Virus record (IMG/VR): IMGVR_UViG_3300045988_119069
DNA length: 64,000 bases
Source of the DNA: a virus
Direction: 5' to 3' (one strand)
Both the position numbers and the translations under genes were made by a program. A model generated the notes under the pieces. That model was not told where the DNA came from, did not search any database, and was given only the letters and a program-made list of their open reading frames with translations. This document shows positions 44,478 through 56,000 of this stretch, in pieces. Within the stretch, counting starts at the first letter, position 1. Every line of letters begins with the position of its first letter.

Positions 44478-45512
44478 ATGATTTTATCAACCACCAAGGA
44501 GCTTCGGCTCCACATTCCCAGCAACGCCATTGACGAGATAAGTTCTCTTCAAGGTACACTCGACAACAGCGAGAAGGATTTTCTTCGCGACAAGTTAGGC
44601 GACTCGCTCTACGACCAACTGTGCGAGTATTATCAGAGCATTTCTCCCGACGAGTTCTACCTTTCCGTCACCAACGGCGAGCATACTCACCTGCCTTGGC
44701 AGCAACTCCTGCTTATGGCACAGCGCATGGTGGTTTATGATGCCATGTCTCGTTTCGCCTACACGCAAGCCCTCTCTATCAATGGCACGGGCATCAACGT
44801 AGCGTCGAGCGAAGACTACGGCGCTGCATCCAAAGACCTGCTCGACAAGGGTGTGCAGGGCTATAAGCGCGAGGCAATGGTATCGCTCAACCAAATGCTT
44901 GTGATGCTCGAAGGTTGGGCGCGTAAGATGACTACACCCGCACCCATCGCCGATGCCGACTCCACCGATCCACCGACCACCGAGCCAAAGGACGAGGAGC
45001 ACAAGACCATTGAGGAGATAAGCCTATTGTGGCAGGAGAGCCAGTACTACTATCTCCACCACGACCTCCTCATTGCTACATGTGCCGACCTTCAGCACTA
45101 TCTCGACATCTACGAAAGCCGTGAGAAGTTCATCCGTCTTCTGCCCGACCTTCACTTCATCCAGGACGAATACATCAGCGAGGCTATTGGCGAGGACACG
45201 GTGCAGCGTCTGCTCCACACCGACGACCCTGCCGACAAGCCACTCCTTCGCAAGGTACGTCGCCTGATGGTTGCTCACCTCGAAGAGCGCACAACAATTC
45301 TCACTATTGACAAGGCACGCCGAGCCGCTGCCCACAACGAAGCCATCGCCCTACGATCTTCGGTGCTCCGGCTCATGGAAATGCGCAAGGCAGTGGATGC
45401 CGCCAACAACACCCCAGACAAGTCCTCAACCAACACCACCGACTCAACAAGCAAAGGCTACGAGAACAACCAACCAGACAGCAAGATATTCGTGTCGCCA
45501 CTGCTGTATTGA
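44478..45512 (+). CDS. hypothetical structural protein
   Basis: 344-aa ORF in the late block. Confidence 0.55.
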   Translation: MILSTTKELRLHIPSNAIDEISSLQGTLDNSEKDFLRDKLGDSLYDQLCEYYQSISPDEFYLSVTNGEHTHLPWQQLLLMAQRMVVYDAMSRFAYTQALSINGTGINVASSEDYGAASKDLLDKGVQGYKREAMVSLNQMLVMLEGWARKMTTPAPIADADSTDPPTTEPKDEEHKTIEEISLLWQESQYYYLHHDLLIATCADLQHYLDIYESREKFIRLLPDLHFIQDEYISEAIGEDTVQRLLHTDDPADKPLLRKVRRLMVAHLEERTTILTIDKARRAAAHNEAIALRSSVLRLMEMRKAVDAANNTPDKSSTNTTDSTSKGYENNQPDSKIFVSPLLY

Positions 45513-45517
45513 TATTA

Positions 45518-45612
45518 ACATCGGATTAAACGGACAAAACGGACTTTCTTTTGTCATCGAATGAAACAAATGAAACAAACTTCAAATCCGTTGAATCCGT
45601 AAAATCCGATGT
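45518..45612. repeat. interrupted intergenic palindrome (H8, CATCGGAT family)
   Basis: ACATCGGATTAAACGGACAAAACGGAC ... ATCCGTTGAATCCGTAAAATCCGATGT. Confidence 0.65.
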
Positions 45613-45646
45613 TGATAAATAAACAATTAGCTGTGTGATAAGTTTC

Positions 45647-45732
45647 ACATCGGATTTGACGGATTCAACGGATGTAGAATGCTTCAAGCAGCGAGAGTAA
45701 TCAAAATCCGTAAAATCCGTAAAATCTGATGT
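45647..45732. repeat. interrupted intergenic palindrome (H9, CATCGGAT family)
   Basis: ACATCGGATTTGACGGATTCAACGGATG ... AATCCGTAAAATCCGTAAAATCTGATGT. In tandem with H8. Confidence 0.65.
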
Positions 45733-45763
45733 TAAAAATAAAAATCCAATTCGATGTAACACT

Positions 45764-46825
45764 ATGGAAGAAATAATCCGCATTCTAACCCCTGCCCTCT
45801 CCGCCCGTATGCTCACCTCCGACCAGCGTGAAGCCTTCGAGCGTGGTCTTACTCTTCTTGAGCAGAATCCACGGGCAATGTCGTTCATAAAGGAGAGCCG
45901 CCGTTTTCGCGACTATCATCGTCGTGTGCGTCAGCTCCTCACCTATCTGCAAACCATGCAGACCTCTTGCACGGAGATAAAGCGTCACGTCGGTCGCCCC
46001 ACTAAGGAGGAACAGGCCCTCTATGCCGAGCAGCAGAAAGAGAAGGCTCTTGAGGAAGCGCGTCGCTCGCTCTTTCCCGACCTAAAGCCCGACCTCACCT
46101 TGCAGCCCCTTACCTACGGCGGCATCGTAGCCAACCCCAACGGCGAGACCATTGCGTCCACCATGCCCAACCTCATGCAGCTCCGACCGTTCCTCTCCGA
46201 ACGTCTGCAAGAGAAAGTAAACACCGTGCGCTCTCTACGCAACGAGATGGCAGCAAAGTCTGAGCAAGCCAAGACCATGGCCGAAGCCAATGAGAAGGCT
46301 GGCAGACCTATCTACACCGAAGAAGAGATTGCCCTTCTCGCCACCCGTGCCGTAAAGATAGAAAGCGACATCCTCCCTCGCATCTACATCAACGTTGACC
46401 GCGAAATTGGCGAGGCATACCTTCGCCTATCACCGCGCACCGGCGACCCCGAATACATCGCCCGAATAGAGAAGGCGTGCAACGTTCCACCGCAGAACCT
46501 ACGCGCCCAGTTTCGTCCTTTTTATGACAAGGCGCTCGCCCGTGACCCTCTCTTCGCCCAGTCGGTAGCCGACAAGATAGCCAACGACCGGCCCAAGGTG
46601 AAAGCCGCCCGCGACGCAGCAGCCAAGCACAAAGCCGAAGCCGACGCTCTCATTAAATATATCATGCGCAAGGACAAGCCATCCACCAAAGCCCGCGTAA
46701 AAGGCCTTACCGACCGCATCGCCCAACTCCGCAAAGACTATGCCGACATAGTGAGCGAGGACGAACTGAAGGGCTACGAGGCAATATTGGAGAAAACCAA
46801 AAGTGAAGTTTCACCAAAGGCTTAG
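45764..46825 (+). CDS. hypothetical structural protein
   Basis: 353 aa. Ends TAG TAA. Confidence 0.55.
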   Translation: MEEIIRILTPALSARMLTSDQREAFERGLTLLEQNPRAMSFIKESRRFRDYHRRVRQLLTYLQTMQTSCTEIKRHVGRPTKEEQALYAEQQKEKALEEARRSLFPDLKPDLTLQPLTYGGIVANPNGETIASTMPNLMQLRPFLSERLQEKVNTVRSLRNEMAAKSEQAKTMAEANEKAGRPIYTEEEIALLATRAVKIESDILPRIYINVDREIGEAYLRLSPRTGDPEYIARIEKACNVPPQNLRAQFRPFYDKALARDPLFAQSVADKIANDRPKVKAARDAAAKHKAEADALIKYIMRKDKPSTKARVKGLTDRIAQLRKDYADIVSEDELKGYEAILEKTKSEVSPKA

Positions 46826-46846
46826 TAAGGCTTAAAAACAAGACCC

Positions 46847-47494
46847 ATGACCTCATTCGATCAACTCAAACAAATCTGCACCCATGCCTGCCACGACCGC
46901 CACGCTTGTGCCGAAGGCTATCGTGCCATGCTCGCCACCGAAAATATCAGTCAGCTCATGGCTGTGTGGCGAGCCAACTGGGAAGACATCGTTGAGAGCA
47001 AATACGCCGATATCATCAACGAACAGCTTCATGCTCTCTACCTCGACTCCACCCTAAGAGCGAAAATGAACGCCGCCGGCATCTACGTTAACGAATGTCC
47101 GAAGACAGCACCCGAGTTTGTACTTGTCATTGTTACCGACCATGACCGCATCGTTGATATATACGATTATGCCAAGTGCTATGTCCTCGGCAGGGCATAC
47201 GTTCGTGCATGGGACCACGCCCAGGTATATAGCGAGAAAAACGATGAATGTCTTGTTCAGCTCTACGACCATTCTTACGGTCATGTCAGCAAGGGAGGAG
47301 TAGAAGCCACTGGCTACTCCCGTTTATGGACTTCTACTAACGCCCGTCTTTTCGGTCGTGTGACATGCGAAGCCCACGGTGGCGAGATCCGTGTTTGCGG
47401 CTATCTGAAGATTGAAGCCTACGGCGACACCAAGGTATTCAGCAAAACCGACCGCAACATCACACTGTACGGCAACGCCCACATAATAGTATAA
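46847..47494 (+). CDS. hypothetical structural protein
   Basis: 215-aa ORF. Confidence 0.55.
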   Translation: MTSFDQLKQICTHACHDRHACAEGYRAMLATENISQLMAVWRANWEDIVESKYADIINEQLHALYLDSTLRAKMNAAGIYVNECPKTAPEFVLVIVTDHDRIVDIYDYAKCYVLGRAYVRAWDHAQVYSEKNDECLVQLYDHSYGHVSKGGVEATGYSRLWTSTNARLFGRVTCEAHGGEIRVCGYLKIEAYGDTKVFSKTDRNITLYGNAHIIV

Positions 47495-47551
47495 CAAAAA
47501 AGCCCAGCAAACCCCAGAAAGGCCCAGTAAGGTCCATTAAAAAGAAAAAAC

Positions 47552-50386
47552 ATGAACAGCAAACTCACCATTCTTGCCGACGGCAAGCCTCTCGCCCTAA
47601 AGGAAGACACATCCATCAGCATCGAGTTGAGCAACCCTTTGTTCAACGACACCGAGATGTTCTCTTATCCCGTGGAGTTGCCCATCGAAGGCAACCGACA
47701 TTTTCTCAAGAACGTGGATGATGTCAGCAGCGACATCCGCCCCGTGAGCTACGAGCATACGCCGATGCAGATCATCGCCGACGGCGTACCCTTTGCCTCC
47801 GGCACAGCCATCATCCAGGAAGACGAGCGTCTGGAAGACTCCCTCTCGCTCAACATCGACGCATCCACACAGTCGTTCTCCGATCTCATTAGCGACCTCA
47901 AGTGCAACGAAGTGCCTATACCTTCTAAATATAAGGATCAACTCTTGATAGGCGAGAAGATAGACGATGTGAGCGTTAGCGTGACGTATAACACTGAGGT
48001 TGTCATTAAATATCAGGGTAAGAAAGGCGACAAGAAGTATGGTTCGGTGGGCGAATCCACTACTAACGCTACCTTTTCGCCCCAAGCTCTCGGTTTCTCC
48101 TATCCTGCCCAATGCAAGGAGAAAGGCGACAAGCACGAGGCTGTATTGAAGAAGACATATACATATCCTAACAGTAACGAGGTGAAGGTGCCCGACGTTC
48201 TTACTTCTTACATTAACGTTAGCGACCCTTATCCTCTGAAGCCATACTGCAACGCCCGTGTCTGCTATAAGCATTACGACCTTGCCGAAGACGGCTCAAC
48301 GTCAGACAAGGTGGTGGAGTCTATTGACACCCGTAAGGGCGAGGACAGCGACAATACGAACGAGAAGGAAATGTATGAAGACCGCGGACCGATATGGGTG
48401 TTGGATGCTGACCGTCCTCAATCGGGCATCTGCTTCTACGTGTTGTTCTTCCTTGACTGCCTCTTTGAGCATCTTGGCGTACAGTTCGACAATTCGGCTC
48501 TTACAGCCATCGGCGACTTGAACCGTCTCTGCTTCTTCACCACAAAATGCACCTACGACATCGAACCGCTGTATTATGGAGAGAAATACAAGGAGGAAGA
48601 CGAAGCCGTGAAAGCTGGACTGAAAACCACGGAAGACATTAAGGTTGGCTTTTTCCAGAAGCAAGCCAACAGCGAAAATGAGACAAAAAATCTTTTTGAC
48701 GATGTAAACGCATGGCTCAGTTCGCGCGGTTGTGGCGGTCAGCTCAAACTCGAAAATCCAAAAGACAAGAGCGTGCAGGAGGTCAGGTATCGTGAGGTTA
48801 CATATAAGGTAGTGGAGAAGAAGTATGAAGGCGGTTTCTACAACCAAGGAGTTTTCAAGGACACCGAAGTGGTGGCAGTTGAAGGCGACTGGATAACTGA
48901 ACGTGTAGGCGAGAACAAGATTGCAAGCATTACCTGCAAGAGTGCCATCAAGTCGGCGCAGATGAGCGCAAGCATCTTCCGCATGTATGCCAATGGAGAG
49001 AATTTCCCCGACGAGTCGGTTTCGGACGTTATCGACTCGCTTGAACAGCAGTTCGGCATAAAGTTTCATTACGACTACGAGCAGAAGAAAGTAACAGCCT
49101 ATCTCATTCGCGACGTGTTCCGTAAGCAGAACCCTACACCTCGCGATTTCCATGCCCAGGTACTCTCTATGGTGCCCATGACTGAGAAGATAACCGGTGT
49201 GCGTGCCGGATATGCAGCCGAGAGTGAAGCCAAGGAGCAGCGCGACAACGTAAAGAACCAGGTGAAGGATTTCAATACGGATTACGACTATATAGAATAT
49301 CCCAAGAACCGCACCGTGACGAGCCTTACATATAAGGAAATTATTCATCGTGTGCATAATGGCGAAATGAGCGTGTTCGTTGACCTTCAGACGGGCAACA
49401 AATATCGTGTGAAGATAGACAAAGACTTCACCAACGCTGGCGACATGAAGCCGCGACTGTTTGAGGTGGCTGCAATGAAGGGCGTGGAAGTAGGTGATTG
49501 TTCTACAATAAACGAAGACTTCATTCAGGAATTTAAGTCATCGTTCGTTCCCGTAGGAATGGTGGATGCCAACTATCGTAAGGCATTGTCAGCCACTTCG
49601 GGCAGTAAATGCGTAACTGACGATCCGAATCAGCCAACTGAAGTAGGCAAGGAAAGCAAGGGCAGGGAAGTTGCAGGAGTAAATGAGTCTTACGCCAAGA
49701 CTCAGATGGCAGCTCTCGTTGACGAGGACATGGAGCATGAGTTTGTGAAGCAATACATCAAGAATACCATGTCGTCAATGGTAGCCGACTTCTATGTCAC
49801 CGAAGAACTCTCGCTGCGTGAGAGCTATGACCCCTCGAAGACTGACGATGGCAATTCTCCTCTTCAGTCATACGACTGGGGCTTGTCGGTGGCTATTATG
49901 CGAGGCGGTGGCATTGACTCGACGCATGAAGCCTATGATTACAACTACGACGGGTTCGGTAACTCCAAATGGCGCACCAAGGCGGGCGAGTATGCTCTGA
50001 CTACCGACTCTATTGACCCCTACGGTGTAGAATACGACTATAACGGTGTAGAGGAAGGCATCGGCAATGAGGAACGTTTCTCTCTGAAGCCACGTGCGTG
50101 GGTGCAGCCCGAATGGGCAGATGCTCCGCTTGTGGTGAACACTCCGTCGGTAAAGAACCGCGGCTATGTAGACGTGTTCCTCGTCGATTACATCTACTTC
50201 CTCCTACATCGCAAGAAGTATTACGTCAAGTGCCTCGCCTCCGTAGCTCAGATAGCCGACATTCAAAACCATTGGAAAGAATGGTGGAATATCGACGGCA
50301 AGAAATGCCTAATCAACAAAGTAAATGCTGACGTATCGGCAAAGGAAGGAATGGGCGAAGTGGAATTGGAAATATACAGCATTTAA
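47552..50386 (+). CDS. large virion protein (baseplate or tail candidate)
   Basis: 944-aa ORF in the late block. No motif recognised. Confidence 0.6.
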   Translation: MNSKLTILADGKPLALKEDTSISIELSNPLFNDTEMFSYPVELPIEGNRHFLKNVDDVSSDIRPVSYEHTPMQIIADGVPFASGTAIIQEDERLEDSLSLNIDASTQSFSDLISDLKCNEVPIPSKYKDQLLIGEKIDDVSVSVTYNTEVVIKYQGKKGDKKYGSVGESTTNATFSPQALGFSYPAQCKEKGDKHEAVLKKTYTYPNSNEVKVPDVLTSYINVSDPYPLKPYCNARVCYKHYDLAEDGSTSDKVVESIDTRKGEDSDNTNEKEMYEDRGPIWVLDADRPQSGICFYVLFFLDCLFEHLGVQFDNSALTAIGDLNRLCFFTTKCTYDIEPLYYGEKYKEEDEAVKAGLKTTEDIKVGFFQKQANSENETKNLFDDVNAWLSSRGCGGQLKLENPKDKSVQEVRYREVTYKVVEKKYEGGFYNQGVFKDTEVVAVEGDWITERVGENKIASITCKSAIKSAQMSASIFRMYANGENFPDESVSDVIDSLEQQFGIKFHYDYEQKKVTAYLIRDVFRKQNPTPRDFHAQVLSMVPMTEKITGVRAGYAAESEAKEQRDNVKNQVKDFNTDYDYIEYPKNRTVTSLTYKEIIHRVHNGEMSVFVDLQTGNKYRVKIDKDFTNAGDMKPRLFEVAAMKGVEVGDCSTINEDFIQEFKSSFVPVGMVDANYRKALSATSGSKCVTDDPNQPTEVGKESKGREVAGVNESYAKTQMAALVDEDMEHEFVKQYIKNTMSSMVADFYVTEELSLRESYDPSKTDDGNSPLQSYDWGLSVAIMRGGGIDSTHEAYDYNYDGFGNSKWRTKAGEYALTTDSIDPYGVEYDYNGVEEGIGNEERFSLKPRAWVQPEWADAPLVVNTPSVKNRGYVDVFLVDYIYFLLHRKKYYVKCLASVAQIADIQNHWKEWWNIDGKKCLINKVNADVSAKEGMGEVELEIYSI

Positions 50387-50422
50387 ATAATAAATAATAA
50401 ATACCAAATAACAACTGAAGCA

Positions 50423-51460
50423 ATGGCAAGTTTACTTAAATTACATTCAGGTTCGGTATTCAATGGCAATCCTATTGTCTTCATCGTCTGGCCTATTGCA
50501 CTTAAAGAGACACCTTCGTTTCATCGTATGATATTCGAGGTGAAGTGTGGCATGAGTGGCGGCAATTACGAGACAATAAAGATGTCAGAACCTATAAACA
50601 ACGAGAAAGGCAATCCGATAACTGTAGATATTTCGTCTGCCCTGCGCTCATTCCGCGACTCGTATGAGTATTCTCCCAATCCGGGCGTAATGCCCTTGGT
50701 GAAGTTTAATGTGTCGGCATACGACGAGTATATTACTGACGGCGAAGTGAAGAAGTCGGAGCCTGTGTCTTATCTCGCCGGCGAGGACGTGAAGCAAACT
50801 ATCTTCGGTGGTTTTTCCGACTACGACCGCTTTATGGCTACAAACGACACGATGCCTGTTAGCCGAATGACTCGCAAGCCCACCACCATACCGCAGTTGG
50901 CGTGTGTAGGCGAAACCATCATCTACGCAGATCCTTACACTCCTGCCATCGACTTCTCCACAGTCGCATGGGAGGCACCCGAAGCCAAGGCTTTCACTAT
51001 AACCGATGAAGGGCAGCAGACCATAGGTGACATCAGCGTTTACGCCATGCCGCAGTCGGAAGCCAGCCATCGCACGGAGTTCCGCTTCATCAATTCGTTC
51101 GGCGTATTGGAGAGCATCAGCGTGCCGAGAGTGTACAGCAAGAAGCTCGGCATTACCACCACCAACTACACCGTAACACGAAAAGAGACCCTACGCACGT
51201 TCTCACGTTCCGTCACGCGCAAGCAGGATGATAGGGAAGGATGGAACTTCCAGACCGACCCGCTCGATGAAGCATGGCTCGCATGGTATCTGCATGAGTT
51301 CCTGATGTCGAAACGCACATGGATAAACATCAACGGCAAGTTCCTGCCTTGCACCATCACAGCCGAAGAGGAAATCACTTTCTACGACGATACCAAACAG
51401 GAAATGCACAGCATGTCGTTCACGGCGAAACTCGACTTCTGCGGAAGCACAATCATCTGA
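50423..51460 (+). CDS. hypothetical structural protein
   Basis: 345-aa ORF. Confidence 0.55.
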   Translation: MASLLKLHSGSVFNGNPIVFIVWPIALKETPSFHRMIFEVKCGMSGGNYETIKMSEPINNEKGNPITVDISSALRSFRDSYEYSPNPGVMPLVKFNVSAYDEYITDGEVKKSEPVSYLAGEDVKQTIFGGFSDYDRFMATNDTMPVSRMTRKPTTIPQLACVGETIIYADPYTPAIDFSTVAWEAPEAKAFTITDEGQQTIGDISVYAMPQSEASHRTEFRFINSFGVLESISVPRVYSKKLGITTTNYTVTRKETLRTFSRSVTRKQDDREGWNFQTDPLDEAWLAWYLHEFLMSKRTWININGKFLPCTITAEEEITFYDDTKQEMHSMSFTAKLDFCGSTII

Positions 51461-51614
51461 AATAACAACACCAGATTTTCTTTATTATTTTATTCTCTCT
51501 ATTTCTTACGACCTCAAGAGACGCATGAGCGAGCTCTTGGGGTCGTTTGCGTATGTCCGCTTTGTGTCAATGTTTAAGGCTATCTTTGACGTATAATCAC
51601 AAGAAGACAACAGC

Positions 51615-52118
51615 ATGATAAACAAGAAAACATTTATTTTCAACACTCTTGCTGACGCACTGGTTTTCAAGATAGGAGCCGATCCTAAGAACACTACGTA
51701 TCGCTTGGGGTCGTTTGCCGAGGATGCGGAGATAAAGACCGGCGAACCCGACATTCCCTATTATTCCGAAATCCTTATTCGCGAAACGAACCAAATGTGG
51801 CGCTGCAACCAGTTTTGGCTGAACGACGTAAACCGTAGTCCCGACAACGACCTTGCGACGGAGCGTGCCGAGCGTATGGCAGCGGATCAACTATTGCGCA
51901 GCGAGATCGACCGGCTGACAACCGAAACACATACTCTCAGCGAACAACTGCAAGCGGAAGCCAAGACACGTAAGGAAGCAGACGCGGACATCCAGACGGT
52001 ACTGGAGAATCAGCAGAAAGCCATCGCCGCACTCGTTTTGCGTGTGGACGGCTTGGCAGGAGTGCTTATCACGAAGGACGAGTATCGCGCCATTTCGCCC
52101 AAGAAGGACAATGAATAA
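51615..52118 (+). CDS. hypothetical protein with a coiled coil
   Basis: 167 aa with a coiled-coil segment ERAERMAADQLLRSEIDRLTTETHTLSEQLQAEAK. Confidence 0.5.
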   Translation: MINKKTFIFNTLADALVFKIGADPKNTTYRLGSFAEDAEIKTGEPDIPYYSEILIRETNQMWRCNQFWLNDVNRSPDNDLATERAERMAADQLLRSEIDRLTTETHTLSEQLQAEAKTRKEADADIQTVLENQQKAIAALVLRVDGLAGVLITKDEYRAISPKKDNE

Positions 52119-52145
52119 GCACGTGAGGATATTGAGTCTTCCGGT

Positions 52146-52481
52146 GTGCCGCAGAACGAGTTTCTTTCTGCTGACGGCGGATTCCCCTTCTCGTTCTCCG
52201 TGATGGGAGCTGTTGACAAGAAGCTGCATGTCACGATGACGGGTGCTACAGGCACATGGGCGATGGAACCGAAGACGTTTCTTGCCGACGAACAGCGACC
52301 CGAAGCTAACCCTTATTCGTGGACACAGCAGGAAATTTCGGCTTATGGATTGTTGTCGCACGGTGTGCATACCGTAACGGCATGGGTAACGTGTGATGAC
52401 GGCATGGGTGGCGAGTTGTCGTCGGAAGTGCAGGTAAACCGCTTTATGGTGGTGAACGAAACGACCTCTTCTCCGTCATAA
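52146..52481 (+). CDS. hypothetical protein (GTG start in the track)
   Basis: 111 aa, in the same frame as both flanking ORFs. Confidence 0.4.
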   Translation: MPQNEFLSADGGFPFSFSVMGAVDKKLHVTMTGATGTWAMEPKTFLADEQRPEANPYSWTQQEISAYGLLSHGVHTVTAWVTCDDGMGGELSSEVQVNRFMVVNETTSSPS

Positions 52482-52499
52482 CTGGTACAACCATATCTG

Positions 52500-52730
52500 A
52501 TGCTTCAGGGCGTGCAGAGCGTGGTGGAGAACTATGTGCGCACGGTTATCTCAAACTTTGCGGTATGGGTGCCGAAGAGTGCAGACACGCCTACGCTGCC
52601 CGCCACCGAACCGCTGCCCGTGAGCATCCGCATCACGAATGCCGGCGACGACGACTTGGACTACACGGCTTCTTGTTTCGTGTCAGATGTCCGGTCCGTA
52701 AAAACGGAAATCACTAACTTTGTAACATGA
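52500..52730 (+). CDS. hypothetical small protein
   Basis: 76 aa. Confidence 0.4.
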   Translation: MLQGVQSVVENYVRTVISNFAVWVPKSADTPTLPATEPLPVSIRITNAGDDDLDYTASCFVSDVRSVKTEITNFVT

Positions 52731-53077
52731 ATTTTAATAATAAAAATATAAAGATTGAAAATCAAACCCAAAGCAAAACCTCAATACTTAGCAGCATGAA
52801 CATCAGAGAAACGAAAAACGAGGCCATAGCGAAAAAAGGAATGTTCGCTCATATTGACGCTACCTTCCTCAAGCGTCTTGTCGCCCTTTTCTCCATACCC
52901 GACTATGACACGTTTGCCGCAATCCTTGTCAGCGGCAAATACACCTACCCCGAAGAACTCTCCTGCCACCGCAAGGCGCTATTGGGCAACATGCAACCGC
53001 TGAAGGAGCTTAACGCCTACGTAGAGCAATGCAAGAGTCTTGCAGCACAATGCTTCGACAACTTAATCATTAAATAA
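52727..53077 (+). CDS. hypothetical protein
   Basis: 116 aa. The start overlaps the upstream stop (ATGA). Confidence 0.5.
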   Translation: MNFNNKNIKIENQTQSKTSILSSMNIRETKNEAIAKKGMFAHIDATFLKRLVALFSIPDYDTFAAILVSGKYTYPEELSCHRKALLGNMQPLKELNAYVEQCKSLAAQCFDNLIIK

Positions 53078-53085
53078 CACGCAAT

Positions 53086-56000
53086 ATGGCTAACCCTAAT
53101 CCCAACATGACAGTGGCGACACCCAAAGACTACTGGCTTTCGCCTAACGCGCTCCACATAGAGCGAAACGCATTGGGCTATCCTGATTACATTCAGGCAT
53201 CGTGCATAAGCGGAGCGCAGATCCTCGTCTACATCAAGGGTATCATCAGCTATGACGCGGGACACAACTACCGCCGTTGGCCGCTGCAAGCCTCGCCTAC
53301 AGTGTTCAACACCCATACCGAGAAATACGTATATGTGGCTGTGCCGCGTGACTCCACGCTGTCCTCAGCCATTGTTGTTTATCCCTCCGAGCTTCTTGAC
53401 ATCTACGGCAAGAACGATCAACAGCAGCAGGTGGGTTCGGAGAAGTATTACTACATCTTCCTGCAAGGCATACTCTCTTCTTCGGGCGACAACGGCACGG
53501 TGCAGCGCGACTGGCTTGAGGGCCATACCGTCCTTACGGGTTATCTTTCTTCCAACGAAGCCATCAACGCCGGACCGGACGAAGCCGAATGGTTCCAGTA
53601 CAGCACGGTGGACGAGATAGTGACGTTCCTCAAGGACCTCACGATGAAAGCCGGAACGAAGTTTCGTGAACTGTTTGCTAAGGCGGTCACTATCGTGTCG
53701 GGAGGATATATCACGTTTGAGGGCAAGACGGGTTCGGTGTCGGGCATCGCCAACGCCGATACGTCGGTTGAGTCGGAAGCGGATATCGTCACGCCGAAGT
53801 ATATGGACGGCAAGGCTCTCTCGAAGAGTCATAACGACAAGACCGACTTCGACATCGAACTGAAAAACCTTCGCGCCAATGGCACTGTTGACGTGTTCGG
53901 CGGTCTGACAATCGGCAGGACGGAGGACGGATATGGCGTGACGGGCGAAGGTGCTGCCACGCTGAGTACGGTTGTTGTGGACGAGGTGCGTGACCCTAAG
54001 AGCACCGAGCAAGACCGTGTGATTGTCGGTGCGCAGGGCTTTAACCTCTATATGGGCAAGGACGGCAAGAGCCACCTCTACATTGACTACCTGATGACAA
54101 GGACGAAATTCTTTGCTGCGAGTGCGGAGGTGAGAAAGGTGAGCTATTCGGGCGGTACTACGCTCTTCTCAAACGCTGGCAGCACGATAATGAAGGTGGC
54201 TCACGTACTGGATGATGCAGGAGTGACTGTCGGCTACAAGTGCTACGCTGCTGCTGATGACGGCACAACACGGACGGCTAACTGGTGGCATGTGGGCATG
54301 ATGGCACTGTGCCAGACCTTTAATGTGAAGGCTGGTGAGACGGAGAACCTTCAGAACCGCTACTACTGGCGCCTTGTGGTAGGTGTCGGACAGGAGACAT
54401 TAGAGGACGGCAAGCTGTATGACTACGTGATACTGAGCAACAGGAAGACGTTTGCGGGTTCTGACAGCATCACGGAAGACGGCCGGAGTCTGGCGGCGGT
54501 GTTCGAGGAGCAGGAGGGCAAGACTACTGACGACGGCAACAACGTCATAGCAAACCGCATGTTCTTCGGCTACGAGCCAGCCGCGGACGGCGGAGAACCT
54601 GACGTGCCGCAGCCTTACGACGTGATAGTGCAGGCAGGAGACCAGATTCAGTGGAACCGCTTCGGCAACCTCATCAAGCTGACGACATCTACGGAGGACG
54701 GAAGCGACAACGGAAACGCTCCTGCCATTGCGATATATCATGCGATGGGTGCGCCTTACAAAACGGGAGACACGGTGAATCCGTATCAATGGAAAACGCT
54801 GACTTCATTAGATTCCCCTCTCCTTGTGCTCAAGAACGCAAAGAACTTCAAGTTCTTTACCGATGACAACCCTGACAATATCATCGACCCTGTGACGGTG
54901 ACGTACGACCTTGTACCATCCTCGGAATATATCATCCGCAAGCCGAACTCTCAGACGGCGACACCGAACGACATTACCTTCACGCTTCGCAAGCGCACGG
55001 GCAACGTGACTGAGGACATGAAGGACGGATATTTGCTGACGGCAGACTATACGACCACTGCGGGCGAAAGCAAGAGCGGCGTGGCGATAAACCGCCTGTC
55101 CGACATTGGCGTGAGCTTTTACCTCCTCGCTTCGGTGACGGTACGGGCAACTGTCAAGGCGGACAACACCCCCGTAACGCTGACACTTCCGATTCTTTCC
55201 GACGGCGCGAAAGGCGATACGGGCACAAGCTTTAAGGTGCTCGGCTACGCTCTTGCCCATGCCAAGACATACGCGGAGCTACAGCAGATAACGCCTACGG
55301 ACGGCGGTCTGTACCTTGTGGACGACACAACGGGCATGGAAGGCGGCGGAAAGAAGCCCTGCGTGGTGCAATGGAAGAACGGCAAATACATCGTGTGTGA
55401 CTCAAACGACGGCGACTCGTATAAGATAGGCGAAATACTCTGGACAAATACTGGAACCTACTGGCTTGACATCGGCAGCGTGAAGGGAGAGGGTGTGGTG
55501 ATATCGGACATGAGCGTGACGTACGCCATATCTGACAGCGCTACGGTGACACCTACGGAATGGCAGTCAGCCATCATCGCCGCCACCGACGCGAAGCCCT
55601 ATCTCTGGACGAGGACAACGGTGACCTACAAGGATTCGGAAGGCGAGCATACAACGGTGTCGTACGCCATCGCCTATAAGGGCAAGGACGGCGACAAGGG
55701 AACCCCCGGAGCAAACGGCACGGACGCTGTGGAGTTTATTGTCAGTAATGCTCCTCTTGTGTTCGACACAGACGAGAACGGCGTGGTATCTGCAAGTGTC
55801 AGCAAGACTGCCACAATACAAGTGATGCGTTCCGGTAAGAACATCACATCGGAGGTGAGCAATCTCTTCCCGAGCAACAGCAACATGGGCTGCGGAAAAC
55901 CGACGCTGACAAAGCGGACTGACGGCATAGACGTGACGATATCGGGAGCTTCGATAAACAAAGACAGCAAGCTCGGTGTGAGTGTGACGAGCGGATATGT

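Noticed and set aside
48302-49357. A 351-aa minus-strand ORF inside the 944-aa late gene, and similar ones at 53365..54075, 56029..56730 and 47597..48274.
   Set aside because: They are antisense to long, well-packed plus-strand genes, have no upstream signals, and give implausible His/Arg/Val-rich sequences.
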